This document shows positions 1 through 8,387 of a stretch of 64,000 nt of DNA, piece by piece. Numbering within the stretch: the first letter of the stretch is position 1; each line of letters opens with the position of its first letter. The DNA comes from a virus. Taxonomy: Duplodnaviria; Caudoviricetes. Below the pieces are notes generated by a model. It had not been told where the DNA came from. It saw only the letters and a list, made by a program, of their open reading frames with translations, and ran no database searches. The stretch is taken from IMG/VR virus record IMGVR_UViG_3300029288_000116, positions 31,162-95,161 of that record; one strand, given 5' to 3'. The position numbers and the translations under genes are program-made.

Positions 1-1168
1 TTATTGACTCTTGAATACCGGCTAGAGCCGAGTTTGTTTTATTTAGAGCTTCGGTAATTGGTTTTTTACCTAATAATGTTGGAGTTCCTCCACTTTGATT
101 CGGTCCCATAGAATTTTTTGCAGCCGGGCCATATGCACTACTACTTCTAAACCCAGCAGTAAAAGAAGACAAAAAACCGAGGCAAGAATGAGATACTGAT
201 CCTTTACCTGAAAATGATTGTGCCCCCCAGACTCCTACATTTTGACTAGCTTTTGCTGAAATGTTTTGTGTAGACCCTGCAGCTAAAGTTTGTCCACCAA
301 TTCCATAACTAATTTGTTTTCCTTGAACTATTTTTGTTTCAGCATCTGTAATAGTTATTCTCTTGGTTCCGCCGATAACCTCATTTTCCTTTCCGGTTAT
401 GTATCTATATGATTCACCCCCGATATATTCGTAGGATTTACCTATAATGAGATTGTATCTATCAGCGTTATTTCTAATTACCATATCTCCAGTAGGAGAT
501 ATTTCTATATAAGAATTTGATGGATGATATAAATGAAACCTTTCTCCAGAAGGAGTATTATCAAGTTCTATTACAAATCCTGCATGTGTTGCTAATATGG
601 TATCATTAGGATATTTGGTAGAATTTAAATAATAATATGGATCTTTTTCTGACCATGTTCCACTCTCTCCATCTGGAACATTTTCTAATTTTCTAGCTTT
701 TCTAGTTTCAACAACAGTTCCTGTAGAATTATCTCTAGCTAACCTATTCCAGTCAGACTCTCCTAACATAGAAGATAATGGATAATTACCAGATGGGTCG
801 TTAAAACCGTCTTTAGGATTAGCTTTTAATTTTGGAATACCTGGAGCTGAAGCAAAGTAGCGAGGCTGAGTCAGGGCCCCATTCTCAAAAAAAATGTATA
901 AATGGCTGCCCTGAAGTGGCACAGAAAACATTCCAAACCCAGAAACTGCTCCCTCAAATATTGAAAGACATGGTTCCGCCCAAGGTAAATTAGCAGTAGG
1001 AATACCCTCAGTTTCAGAAATAGTCTTTACTTGGGTATGAATTCCATAAATTCGTACTTTACATCTGCCTCGTTTCTCGGGATCGTTGTTATCTTCGACA
1101 ACCCCCCTATACACACCATCAAACCGGCCAGAAGAAGGTAATAGATTTTTAACCGAGATGCGACTCAT
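1..1168 (-). CDS. gp5: Baseplate hub/spike protein gp5-like, partial (runs off window start); no lysozyme domain seen
   Basis: Not in the ORF track. Translated by hand from ATG 1168 (ATGA overlap with the upstream gene): MSRISVKNLLPSSGRFDGVYRGVVEDNNDPEKRGRCKVRIYGIHT (OB fold) and YPNDTILATHAGFVIELDNTPSGERFHLYHPSNSYIEI. Confidence 0.9.
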   Translation of the reverse strand, partial: MSRISVKNLLPSSGRFDGVYRGVVEDNNDPEKRGRCKVRIYGIHTQVKTISETEGIPTANLPWAEPCLSIFEGAVSGFGMFSVPLQGSHLYIFFENGALTQPRYFASAPGIPKLKANPKDGFNDPSGNYPLSSMLGESDWNRLARDNSTGTVVETRKARKLENVPDGESGTWSEKDPYYYLNSTKYPNDTILATHAGFVIELDNTPSGERFHLYHPSNSYIEISPTGDMVIRNNADRYNLIIGKSYEYIGGESYRYITGKENEVIGGTKRITITDAETKIVQGKQISYGIGGQTLAAGSTQNISAKASQNVGVWGAQSFSGKGSVSHSCLGFLSSFTAGFRSSSAYGPAAKNSMGPNQSGGTPTLLGKKPITEALNKTNSALAGIQESI

Positions 1169-2421
1169 GCAAATACACTCTTAAAAATGTCTGTTATAGA
1201 ATTCAAAGCAATGGTACCACTACCTTGAATTCTGCCATATGCATTACGAATACAAGTGAGTGTCTGAATAAAGTACGGAGTCTGGAGAGGAGTAAAACGA
1301 TGCAACACAGACTTTACTAAATATGAACCGGAGTCCATACTAGAATAAAGCTGAGTTGCTGTCATAGAAGGCCACTGAATATTGATCTTCTGCCCAGCAT
1401 ATCGTTTGTTATGACCGGAAACAACCAGCTTCACGCAATTTTGTAATGCATAACGCCTTATAAAGTTGTTGTAAAACAAATTTTTCAATACAGTTTTGTC
1501 ACTTTCTCCAGTCAAATCGTAGACATATTGACTATATTGTAAACTATCATTATTATTTGTAAACAAAGAATTACTTCCTAGACTGCTGATTTCTTTAACA
1601 GCTGTTGCATAAACAAAACTTTCATCAGGTTCTATTCCGATCATTGTTTTGGTTTTTGTGTCAAAGCCTAGTAGAGCTCCGCCTCCAAACTCTTTCATTC
1701 CTTGATTATCTACTCCATTTTGCTGCCAAGACAAAACCCTATTATCATTGTTTATTTGGGTAGTTTCCAATACATAAGTATCAGAATCTATGTCAGAGCT
1801 ATTAAACAAACTATCTATGGTGACAAAATTTATATACTTTTTTCCATTAGAGAAAAACAAATATCCATAGTTACATTTGCCCTTAGTACCTTTAGACCTA
1901 TTAGAAATCCATCTTATTGTTTCCATTGGAGTCCAGTATGGCATACAAAAATCTTCTAAATAAGTATCGGATGTCTCTATGTTAATGTCTGTGGAAGTCA
2001 CTTGCAACATATTCTTTACAATATCGGAAATAACAGTTGAAGCTTTTACTTTAGAACCCCAGGCCTTAGAGAATTTTAAACTTGTCAAATTTTTATAATA
2101 GGAATCAGTGAAATAAAGTTCTATGACAGAAGCCTGTCCTTGTTTGAACCCAGTAGTAGAAGAAATCTTACCAATTCTTAGTAATGAAAATTCTCTTTGT
2201 TGAACTGAAGTTTTACCAAAAGCTATTAGAATCTTTTCTGCCCCAGTTAACGGACCCATCTCTTTTAGACCATATTTATCAGTTAGAGTTAATTTACCGA
2301 AACAACAGACACTATAAATATCTTCGCTAAAGTAACAATCAAAAATATCTTTATTATCGATCATAACAGTTTTTAAAGCACCTAATTGAATGATAAGGGT
2401 AAATATTCCCTGCTCTGACAT
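1165..2421 (-). CDS. Baseplate hub protein (gp27-like)
   Basis: 418 aa between gp53 and gp5; PYWTPMETIRWIS and C-terminal SGSYLVKSVLHRF typical of hub proteins. Confidence 0.7.
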   Translation of the reverse strand: MSEQGIFTLIIQLGALKTVMIDNKDIFDCYFSEDIYSVCCFGKLTLTDKYGLKEMGPLTGAEKILIAFGKTSVQQREFSLLRIGKISSTTGFKQGQASVIELYFTDSYYKNLTSLKFSKAWGSKVKASTVISDIVKNMLQVTSTDINIETSDTYLEDFCMPYWTPMETIRWISNRSKGTKGKCNYGYLFFSNGKKYINFVTIDSLFNSSDIDSDTYVLETTQINNDNRVLSWQQNGVDNQGMKEFGGGALLGFDTKTKTMIGIEPDESFVYATAVKEISSLGSNSLFTNNNDSLQYSQYVYDLTGESDKTVLKNLFYNNFIRRYALQNCVKLVVSGHNKRYAGQKINIQWPSMTATQLYSSMDSGSYLVKSVLHRFTPLQTPYFIQTLTCIRNAYGRIQGSGTIALNSITDIFKSVFA

Positions 2422-2436
2422 TATTTAGATCCTATT

Positions 2437-2820
2437 TTATTTGTTAGCAATGGCGTTGATCTCTGCTAACAATTGGTAAAGAAAATTTGGTTTAAGTATT
2501 TTTAGAGTATTTCCTGGAAGTAGATCCTCAAATGGATTCAATATATCATTGAACAAACAAATAACCCACCATAAATACGGGCTGTTATAATACTTCATGC
2601 TTATAGTATCTGGAAAATCAGTATCATCAATATCATGATTAAGAAAATAAAGTACATTTTTATTAGCTTTTTCGTTAATGATATAGTTTCGAAAGAGGTT
2701 CAAAAAATACTCTTTGGATTCAGTATCATAAAGAATATTGAACAAATTTAATTCACTAGTATTACTAAGATAGTGATTAGTTAATGTATAAAAGTCTTTG
2801 TCTGATTTTTCTATAGGCAT
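2437..2820 (-). CDS. gp53: Baseplate wedge subunit gp53-like (LysM-like)
   Basis: PDTISMKYYNSPYLWWVICLFNDILNPF motif. Confidence 0.8.
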   Translation of the reverse strand: MPIEKSDKDFYTLTNHYLSNTSELNLFNILYDTESKEYFLNLFRNYIINEKANKNVLYFLNHDIDDTDFPDTISMKYYNSPYLWWVICLFNDILNPFEDLLPGNTLKILKPNFLYQLLAEINAIANK

Positions 2821-2830
2821 AGTTTATCTC

Positions 2831-3643
2831 TTACATTGCCCTAGGAGCAGCGTCTGATGTCACAGTAACAGAACTTCCAGTTTCAAAAGTACTATCAAAC
2901 AATGGAGTTATATCTTGAAATGTTAGTTGTAATTTACATGAAGTAGGTTTACCTTTAACAAACGGGTAGGAAAGTTCCGGCTGAACAGTCTTTAGCGCTG
3001 CATATTGTAATTTAATAATCCCCTTAGGGATGGATTCTATTTTAAAGATGTGTGGTGGAGTTATAGATAAAACATTATTCACTATTTTTTTAGGGCTAGA
3101 AAATTTCATTAAATCTATTATTGCATTTTCTATTTTTTCATAATCAGAGGCTTGATATACCGCTAGCTCAAAATTAAAATTATATTCCAAATTTTGAGTT
3201 CCTTTATAAACTAAAGGGGCATCAACTCTGTAATTTATAACATCCCCTGACAACATACTACTAAGTTTGCCGGATAAGGTATCCATCCCCGTTTTTTTAC
3301 TATCCCAGTTACCACTAAGTAGATTTTTTACATCTGCCCATGGAGAAAAATTTCCAGCAGCATTTTTAAGATCTTGCCATGGAATCATCCAGTTAGATAT
3401 TACATTTGCCATTCTGGAAGTAATATTCTCATAGTTTTCCCAACTATGATCTAAATTTAATTGGATATCGTTGGGTGCTAAAAATTTAAATACCCCTTCT
3501 GTTGCGCCCACTCTTACTTGGGCGTCGGAGCTTCTTATATTTGAAGTTTGTCCTTCGTACTTACATGCTGATATTTTTATCCAAAGGCAATCTTGTGGAT
3601 TACTTGCCCAAGGACCAAAATCTGGAAATTGATATTCTGCCAT
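2831..3643 (-). CDS. Baseplate tail-tube cap/initiator (gp48/gp54-like)
   Basis: Tube-like C-terminus GKPTSCKLQLTFQDI; position after tape measure. Confidence 0.6.
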   Translation of the reverse strand: MAEYQFPDFGPWASNPQDCLWIKISACKYEGQTSNIRSSDAQVRVGATEGVFKFLAPNDIQLNLDHSWENYENITSRMANVISNWMIPWQDLKNAAGNFSPWADVKNLLSGNWDSKKTGMDTLSGKLSSMLSGDVINYRVDAPLVYKGTQNLEYNFNFELAVYQASDYEKIENAIIDLMKFSSPKKIVNNVLSITPPHIFKIESIPKGIIKLQYAALKTVQPELSYPFVKGKPTSCKLQLTFQDITPLFDSTFETGSSVTVTSDAAPRAM

Positions 3644-3652
3644 TGTTTTTCC

Positions 3653-6600
3653 TTATGGATTAAGAATTGATAATGCTAATCCCATAGTTCCCAGAACATA
3701 CATATCATCAATCTCAAATGCATTAACTTGTTGCCCCTGCTGTTTACCGCCGGAACTCATTGTTTGAGAAATGATGTTATTTGTTTGGGTAGCATTTTTA
3801 CTCATTTCTCCGGGTAAATTTGAAGCGGCTTGAGCGGTGGCCTGTAAAGCTGCAGTATTAGTTGCTTGTATTTGTGCTGTATTTAATCCTTTTTGTCGTT
3901 CCAGATCTGCAATTTGAGAAGTTGTCGTTAATCCAGTTAATGGAGATATTTTAGCCATGTTATTCTGTTGTGCCTTACGTATATACTCTTCTGTAGATAT
4001 ACCACTTTTTACTGTATGCCCGGAACCATAGTCTGGGTTGTAAGACGTTTCTGCCATAAGGGTTTTTCCAGTAGTAGGATCATAATATGCAATAGCTCCA
4101 TGTCCTAGGCCCACAATAGAGTCCCCAGGCTTAATGTCTGATGCTCCATACTGCCCAGATTTTAAAAGAGTTCCAGCGTTTTTTCTAAGAAGTTCAGCAG
4201 AACCCCCGGTTGTTAGGTCTTTATATTTGGCCATTTGTTCAGGAGATAGCTGACCCGCCATAGAATCTAGTAAAGTTCTATACCCATAATTTACTAAACC
4301 AGTGCAGTCTATTTTCTTCGTTACGTTAGGATCTACTCCATGTCCACCGCCATATTCATAACCAAAGTTTTTAGAAGCATATTGTATTCCATTAAACATT
4401 GCGGTTAGAGGATCAGTACCTAGTTGAGGTCCTGTAGATTTAACACTAGGACCTCCGTATGTTTCCATTAAAAACTTTTTTGTTTCCATTGGGAGTTTAC
4501 TTCTATCCATAGGGGCATTTGCTCCACCTAAAGCTCTATCTAATTTACCCTCTCCCCAATTATAAGCAGCCAGTGCTTTTTCTTTATCTCCTCCATATTT
4601 CTTCAATAGCCCAGCATAATAACTAACTCCTTTGTTAATATTTTGTTCCGGGTCATATGCGTTTATATTACCCGCTGTACCGGGCATAAGTTGCATAAGA
4701 CCCATTGCACCTTTTGGAGAAGTTACACTAGGGTTCCAATTTGATTCTGTTTGAATTAGTCTAGCTATATCTGCTGGGGTTATATCAGTTCTACCTGTAG
4801 CTTTAATAGCCTGATCTATAAATGGTGCATATGCTGGGTTTCTTATTATATCTGATGCATTTGCAGGGATAGATGGTGTTCCAATCCCACCTACAATTCC
4901 ACTACCCCCGCTTATAGCACCTACTGTTTGCGGAGAATTACCGCCGCCCAAAGTATTAGTTACTTTTCCTAATACTCCCTTCCATATCTCATTTAACCAT
5001 CCTACAACATCACTTCCAATACCTAAATACTTGTCTCTATTTTTATCATCGAATTTGTTTAGGTCTTTGGTCTGAACCAAATTGGCTTTGACTATGGCCT
5101 CATACATTGCATTTTCTGCACTTCCGGCTGAAGGAGATTCGCCCTTTTTTATATCTTCTTCAATCATATCTCCAACGTTTTTACCGATCCAGCCACCTAT
5201 AAAGCCACCAATCATTTCTCCAGCAAAAACCCCGGCAGCAGCCCCAGCAGGGCCGCCTAGTAAAAAACCAAGACCGCCGCCAATGAGAGCCCCCGCGCCT
5301 TGCCCAGCAAAAGAACCGCCAACTGCTCCTGCAGTACCACCAACACCTTGTCCCTGAGCTGCAGCAAGTCCACCACTTAATAGAGCGCTTCCACCTCTAG
5401 TAGTAAATAACTTTTTACCGAGATTTAAACCTCCTTTTGCAATTGAACCGATTTTACCTTTTAAATAGTCTAAACCTAAATATGAACCAATAAGAGCCGC
5501 TATATCACCAAAGTCGATTCCTCCGTCTTCTCCTGGAGGCTGGGCGCCAACAGAACCAACCTGATTACCAAAAATTCCTTTTTTGAACTTAGCCTTTAAT
5601 GTTGCTTTTGTTCTAGCATTTCTTTCGTTTTTGGCTTGTTGGGCTTCTCTATCTTTAGCCTCACGTTTTTTAATCTTTTTTAATTGATTATGTAATCTAG
5701 CTTCATCTCTTATGGAGGTATACTTAGCTAAAATAGAGTCCTTCATAGACTTTACAAAACTAAATATCTTATCTTTAAGAGACTTGTTACCTTTACCAAA
5801 AGTCTCAGCTAGGGCCTTTAAACCTCCCTTAAGTTTGCTAGCGTATTCTGAAATCGTTTTTGCTAATTTTGATTCTCCAAGTTTTTCGAAAAGGGCTTTA
5901 ATTTTTTGAAATCTTTCAGAGTTGACAATACCTAAGAACTTTTCTTTAAAGAGGTCTATTTTATCTAAAACTTTAGATTTAAAATTTTTACTAAGAAACC
6001 CAGAAACCATAACAACATCTTTTATATAACCTAAAAACTTTCCAAATAGTTTAAAATATAGAGGAAATCTAAAGAACTTACTCATGAAAAATTTTATCGG
6101 CCTAGTCATAGCAACTGCCTGTTCTCTACTAAATCCTCCGTATTTGGTTAAAACTGTTCTAGCGGCGAATCTTATTAGAAAAAACTTTATCCACCAACTA
6201 AAAATCTTTTTAACCCAACCAAAAAGTCCCTTGGCTGCATCCCACACAGCTCCTAACTTATCTCCTAAAATTTCATGAAAATCATTCTTAACCAATTCTA
6301 TCATTGAAGCAAACTTAGTTTTAATAAACTCTAAAGCTTTACCGAACACATTATACATAGCCACTCTAGCTGTACCAAAAACGTCGCTTTTTACTTTTCC
6401 TATAGTTTTACTAACCATTTTTTTGTATAAAGATCTACCTACATAAACCCCGATACCAGTAGCAACAGCACCAACAAGAGTAACACCTAGATATTTTAGA
6501 AAGGATCTCTCTTGCTTTATTTTTTTGGTATAATAGACTTTTTGACTACCAGAAATAGCGTTTTGTAGTTTTAGTAGATCTTTAGACGAAATTGTAGCAG

Positions 6601-6706
6601 GTAAAGATCCGGCTGCGATCTTTACATTTACTGCGTCAGCGGCCTTATTTGAAACCCGAACTGGAACAAGAAGGTTTCGATTTTTCACTGCGTCGACAAT
6701 TGGCAT
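3653..6706 (-). CDS. Tape measure protein with SLT lytic transglycosylase and NlpC/P60-like domain
   Basis: 1017 aa helical/Gly-rich; ESNWNPSVTSPKGAMGLMQLMP...ALAAYNWG (SLT); IDCTGLV...GHGAIA (Cys/His peptidase-like). Confidence 0.8.
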   Translation of the reverse strand: MPIVDAVKNRNLLVPVRVSNKAADAVNVKIAAGSLPATISSKDLLKLQNAISGSQKVYYTKKIKQERSFLKYLGVTLVGAVATGIGVYVGRSLYKKMVSKTIGKVKSDVFGTARVAMYNVFGKALEFIKTKFASMIELVKNDFHEILGDKLGAVWDAAKGLFGWVKKIFSWWIKFFLIRFAARTVLTKYGGFSREQAVAMTRPIKFFMSKFFRFPLYFKLFGKFLGYIKDVVMVSGFLSKNFKSKVLDKIDLFKEKFLGIVNSERFQKIKALFEKLGESKLAKTISEYASKLKGGLKALAETFGKGNKSLKDKIFSFVKSMKDSILAKYTSIRDEARLHNQLKKIKKREAKDREAQQAKNERNARTKATLKAKFKKGIFGNQVGSVGAQPPGEDGGIDFGDIAALIGSYLGLDYLKGKIGSIAKGGLNLGKKLFTTRGGSALLSGGLAAAQGQGVGGTAGAVGGSFAGQGAGALIGGGLGFLLGGPAGAAAGVFAGEMIGGFIGGWIGKNVGDMIEEDIKKGESPSAGSAENAMYEAIVKANLVQTKDLNKFDDKNRDKYLGIGSDVVGWLNEIWKGVLGKVTNTLGGGNSPQTVGAISGGSGIVGGIGTPSIPANASDIIRNPAYAPFIDQAIKATGRTDITPADIARLIQTESNWNPSVTSPKGAMGLMQLMPGTAGNINAYDPEQNINKGVSYYAGLLKKYGGDKEKALAAYNWGEGKLDRALGGANAPMDRSKLPMETKKFLMETYGGPSVKSTGPQLGTDPLTAMFNGIQYASKNFGYEYGGGHGVDPNVTKKIDCTGLVNYGYRTLLDSMAGQLSPEQMAKYKDLTTGGSAELLRKNAGTLLKSGQYGASDIKPGDSIVGLGHGAIAYYDPTTGKTLMAETSYNPDYGSGHTVKSGISTEEYIRKAQQNNMAKISPLTGLTTTSQIADLERQKGLNTAQIQATNTAALQATAQAASNLPGEMSKNATQTNNIISQTMSSGGKQQGQQVNAFEIDDMYVLGTMGLALSILNP

Positions 6707-6721
6707 TTTAGTTATAACTCC

Positions 6722-6769
6722 AAAAATAAAAAGGTCTTAAGGATATTTATACAATATCTCCTTAAGACC
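6722..6769 (-). terminator. Rho-independent terminator whose loop contains a late promoter
   Basis: Arms GGTCTTAAGG 6733-6742 and CCTTAAGACC 6760-6769, followed by a U-tract on the minus strand. Confidence 0.7.
6744..6751 (-). promoter_or_regulatory. T4-type late promoter TATAAATA for the tape measure gene
   Basis: Exact TATAAATA about 38 nt upstream of the start codon. Confidence 0.75.
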
Positions 6770-6805
6770 CGAAGATCCGTTCCTTTTAAAGGAAGCGGAG
6801 GAAAA

Positions 6806-7012
6806 TTATTGAGCTGTTTTTATGTTACTTTGTGCTTGTATTTCCTCTTTAAGCTGTTTGATTACGAGATTTAGAAAAGCCTCTCTTTCAAAGTCGCTCA
6901 GCATTGCACTTTCGGTTAGTGAAATTCCGGCGTATTTACTCAAATAATATTGTTCTTCTACCAATGCCTCTATCGTTGCACCTTCCGTAACGATAGATTT
7001 TAGAATAAAAAA
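6806..7012 (-). CDS. gp51-like ORF, probably entered by -1 frameshift from the gp26-like gene
   Basis: Not in the ORF track. ILKSIVTEGATIEALVEEQYYLSKYAGISLTESAMLSDFEREAFLNLVIKQLKEEIQAQSNIKTAQ*; no upstream ATG; slippery T TTT TTA at 7012-7006. Confidence 0.7.
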   Translation of the reverse strand, partial: FFILKSIVTEGATIEALVEEQYYLSKYAGISLTESAMLSDFEREAFLNLVIKQLKEEIQAQSNIKTAQ

Positions 7013-7728
7013 CTTTCTAAAGATATGTTGATCTCTTCCTCAGATTTGCACCCATCGCACTTCATCTTATACTTAAATTCAACTCCAAAATTAAGATTAT
7101 CGAACCAATCTCTAATCTTTTCATAAAGTCCTTCGGGAATCATATTAACGAATTCATATGCATCTTCAGCAGTTGGTACTGATTCTCCATCTGGGGTTAC
7201 TATCTTTTTAATACATAGCGCGTGCGACCATAAGGCCTGATCAATCATTCTCTGTTGATATTCAAGATCTTTATTTACTTTGGTTGCTGCAACCTTCTGA
7301 ACTCCACGAGTTAAAATTTGCAATTCAACCGCAATATTATCATCTAATTTTACAGAAGTATCATATTTTCCTAGCTTTTTTGTATGTAACTTACTAAGAT
7401 CGATACTTTGCATTGTTTGTGAAGAACACTTGGGACAATTATATACAAATTTGTAAAGATTGCCTTTAGTTCTCCGTCTTATAGCTACAAGTAAAAAGAA
7501 CCGATCTTCTAGGTATAACTCGTCAATGTTAAAACCTTCATCTACAACAGATCCAACAATTAGATCATCTAAAGCCGTTTCTGAATCATCATCCCCAGTA
7601 CCGTAGGACAAAAGCCTTTTAAGTTGAAAAGTGTTAAACGGTTTTATTTTAACTTTCTTTCCAGATCCAGGTAAAGTTTCAGAAAACTCATAACAATTTA
7701 AATACTTTTGGACATTTTCTAATGACAC
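7000..7728 (-). CDS. gp26: Baseplate hub assembly protein gp26-like (tail assembly chaperone)
   Basis: LPGSGKKVKIKPF, DRFFLLVAIRRRTKG, two CxxC pairs, C-terminal SFLF. Confidence 0.8.
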   Translation of the reverse strand: MSLENVQKYLNCYEFSETLPGSGKKVKIKPFNTFQLKRLLSYGTGDDDSETALDDLIVGSVVDEGFNIDELYLEDRFFLLVAIRRRTKGNLYKFVYNCPKCSSQTMQSIDLSKLHTKKLGKYDTSVKLDDNIAVELQILTRGVQKVAATKVNKDLEYQQRMIDQALWSHALCIKKIVTPDGESVPTAEDAYEFVNMIPEGLYEKIRDWFDNLNFGVEFKYKMKCDGCKSEEEINISLESFLF

Positions 7729-7762
7729 AATCTATTTCTCCTTAGTCTATTCTAACATAAAA

Positions 7763-7791
7763 ATTATATCATACTACTTAATATTGTAAAC
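7763..7791 (-). promoter_or_regulatory. Early-type promoter GTTTAC-N17-TATAAT for gp26-like gene
   Basis: Minus strand tagtttacaatattaagtagtatgatataat. Confidence 0.7.
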
Positions 7792-7794
7792 TAT

Positions 7795-8325
7795 TTACAC
7801 ATAAGTGAAGTATGTATAGCTGAAAGTAACATCAAAGGTAGCAAAATCAGTGGTCTGACTCATATCCAATTGCAGATCGCCAACTTCTGACGGCCATGCA
7901 AATTGAAGATTATATACTAGAGAAGTAGTAAAAGTCTTCGGATTTAATAAATAGAGACTTTGTTCTCTAAAATATTCACTAGGCATTGCGTGTTTATTTG
8001 TCTTAGGATTTAAAATAAAATCCTGCCAAGCTAAAAATGCTTTTCTAATATAAGCATTTACGTCTACATTAAATGTACACGTTAGATTATTATAAGTCCT
8101 CTTTCCTGCTGTCTTATAATCGAAACCTTGCCACTGAGTTATGTTCTCATCAATTGTGCTGGACGGTAGGTTAGCAGTCTTTACCAAGAACCTTGCGTTC
8201 GGAACCAAAGAAATTTCGGCAGGAAAGTTAGGTTCAAAATAAAATAGATAAGCTCTTGCCCCAGTTTCAAAATTACTTTTAAAAGCGTCAATGTTAAGCT
8301 CATTAGCATTAGGTGTATTTGCCAT
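7795..8325 (-). CDS. gp19: Tail tube protein
   Basis: AGKRTYNNLTCTF, AWPSEVGDLQL, FDVTFSY; follows the sheath gene. Confidence 0.9.
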   Translation of the reverse strand: MANTPNANELNIDAFKSNFETGARAYLFYFEPNFPAEISLVPNARFLVKTANLPSSTIDENITQWQGFDYKTAGKRTYNNLTCTFNVDVNAYIRKAFLAWQDFILNPKTNKHAMPSEYFREQSLYLLNPKTFTTSLVYNLQFAWPSEVGDLQLDMSQTTDFATFDVTFSYTYFTYV

Positions 8326-8346
8326 AATATATCTCCTTCAAGATGC

Positions 8347-8370
8347 GGAGCTGAGCCTTAACTCAGCTCC
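8347..8370 (-). other. Intergenic stem-loop between gp18 and gp19 (terminator or mRNA stabiliser)
   Basis: GGAGCTGAG-ccttaa-CTCAGCTCC 9-bp stem; no strong U-tract. Confidence 0.5.
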
Positions 8371-8387
8371 CAAGTAGTTGTTATTGT

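Noticed and set aside
5082-6278. Plus-strand ORFs inside the tape measure gene
   Set aside because: Antisense shadows without SD; the same applies to most short antisense ORFs in the track (e.g. 10824-11270, 42722-43186, 47937-48260).
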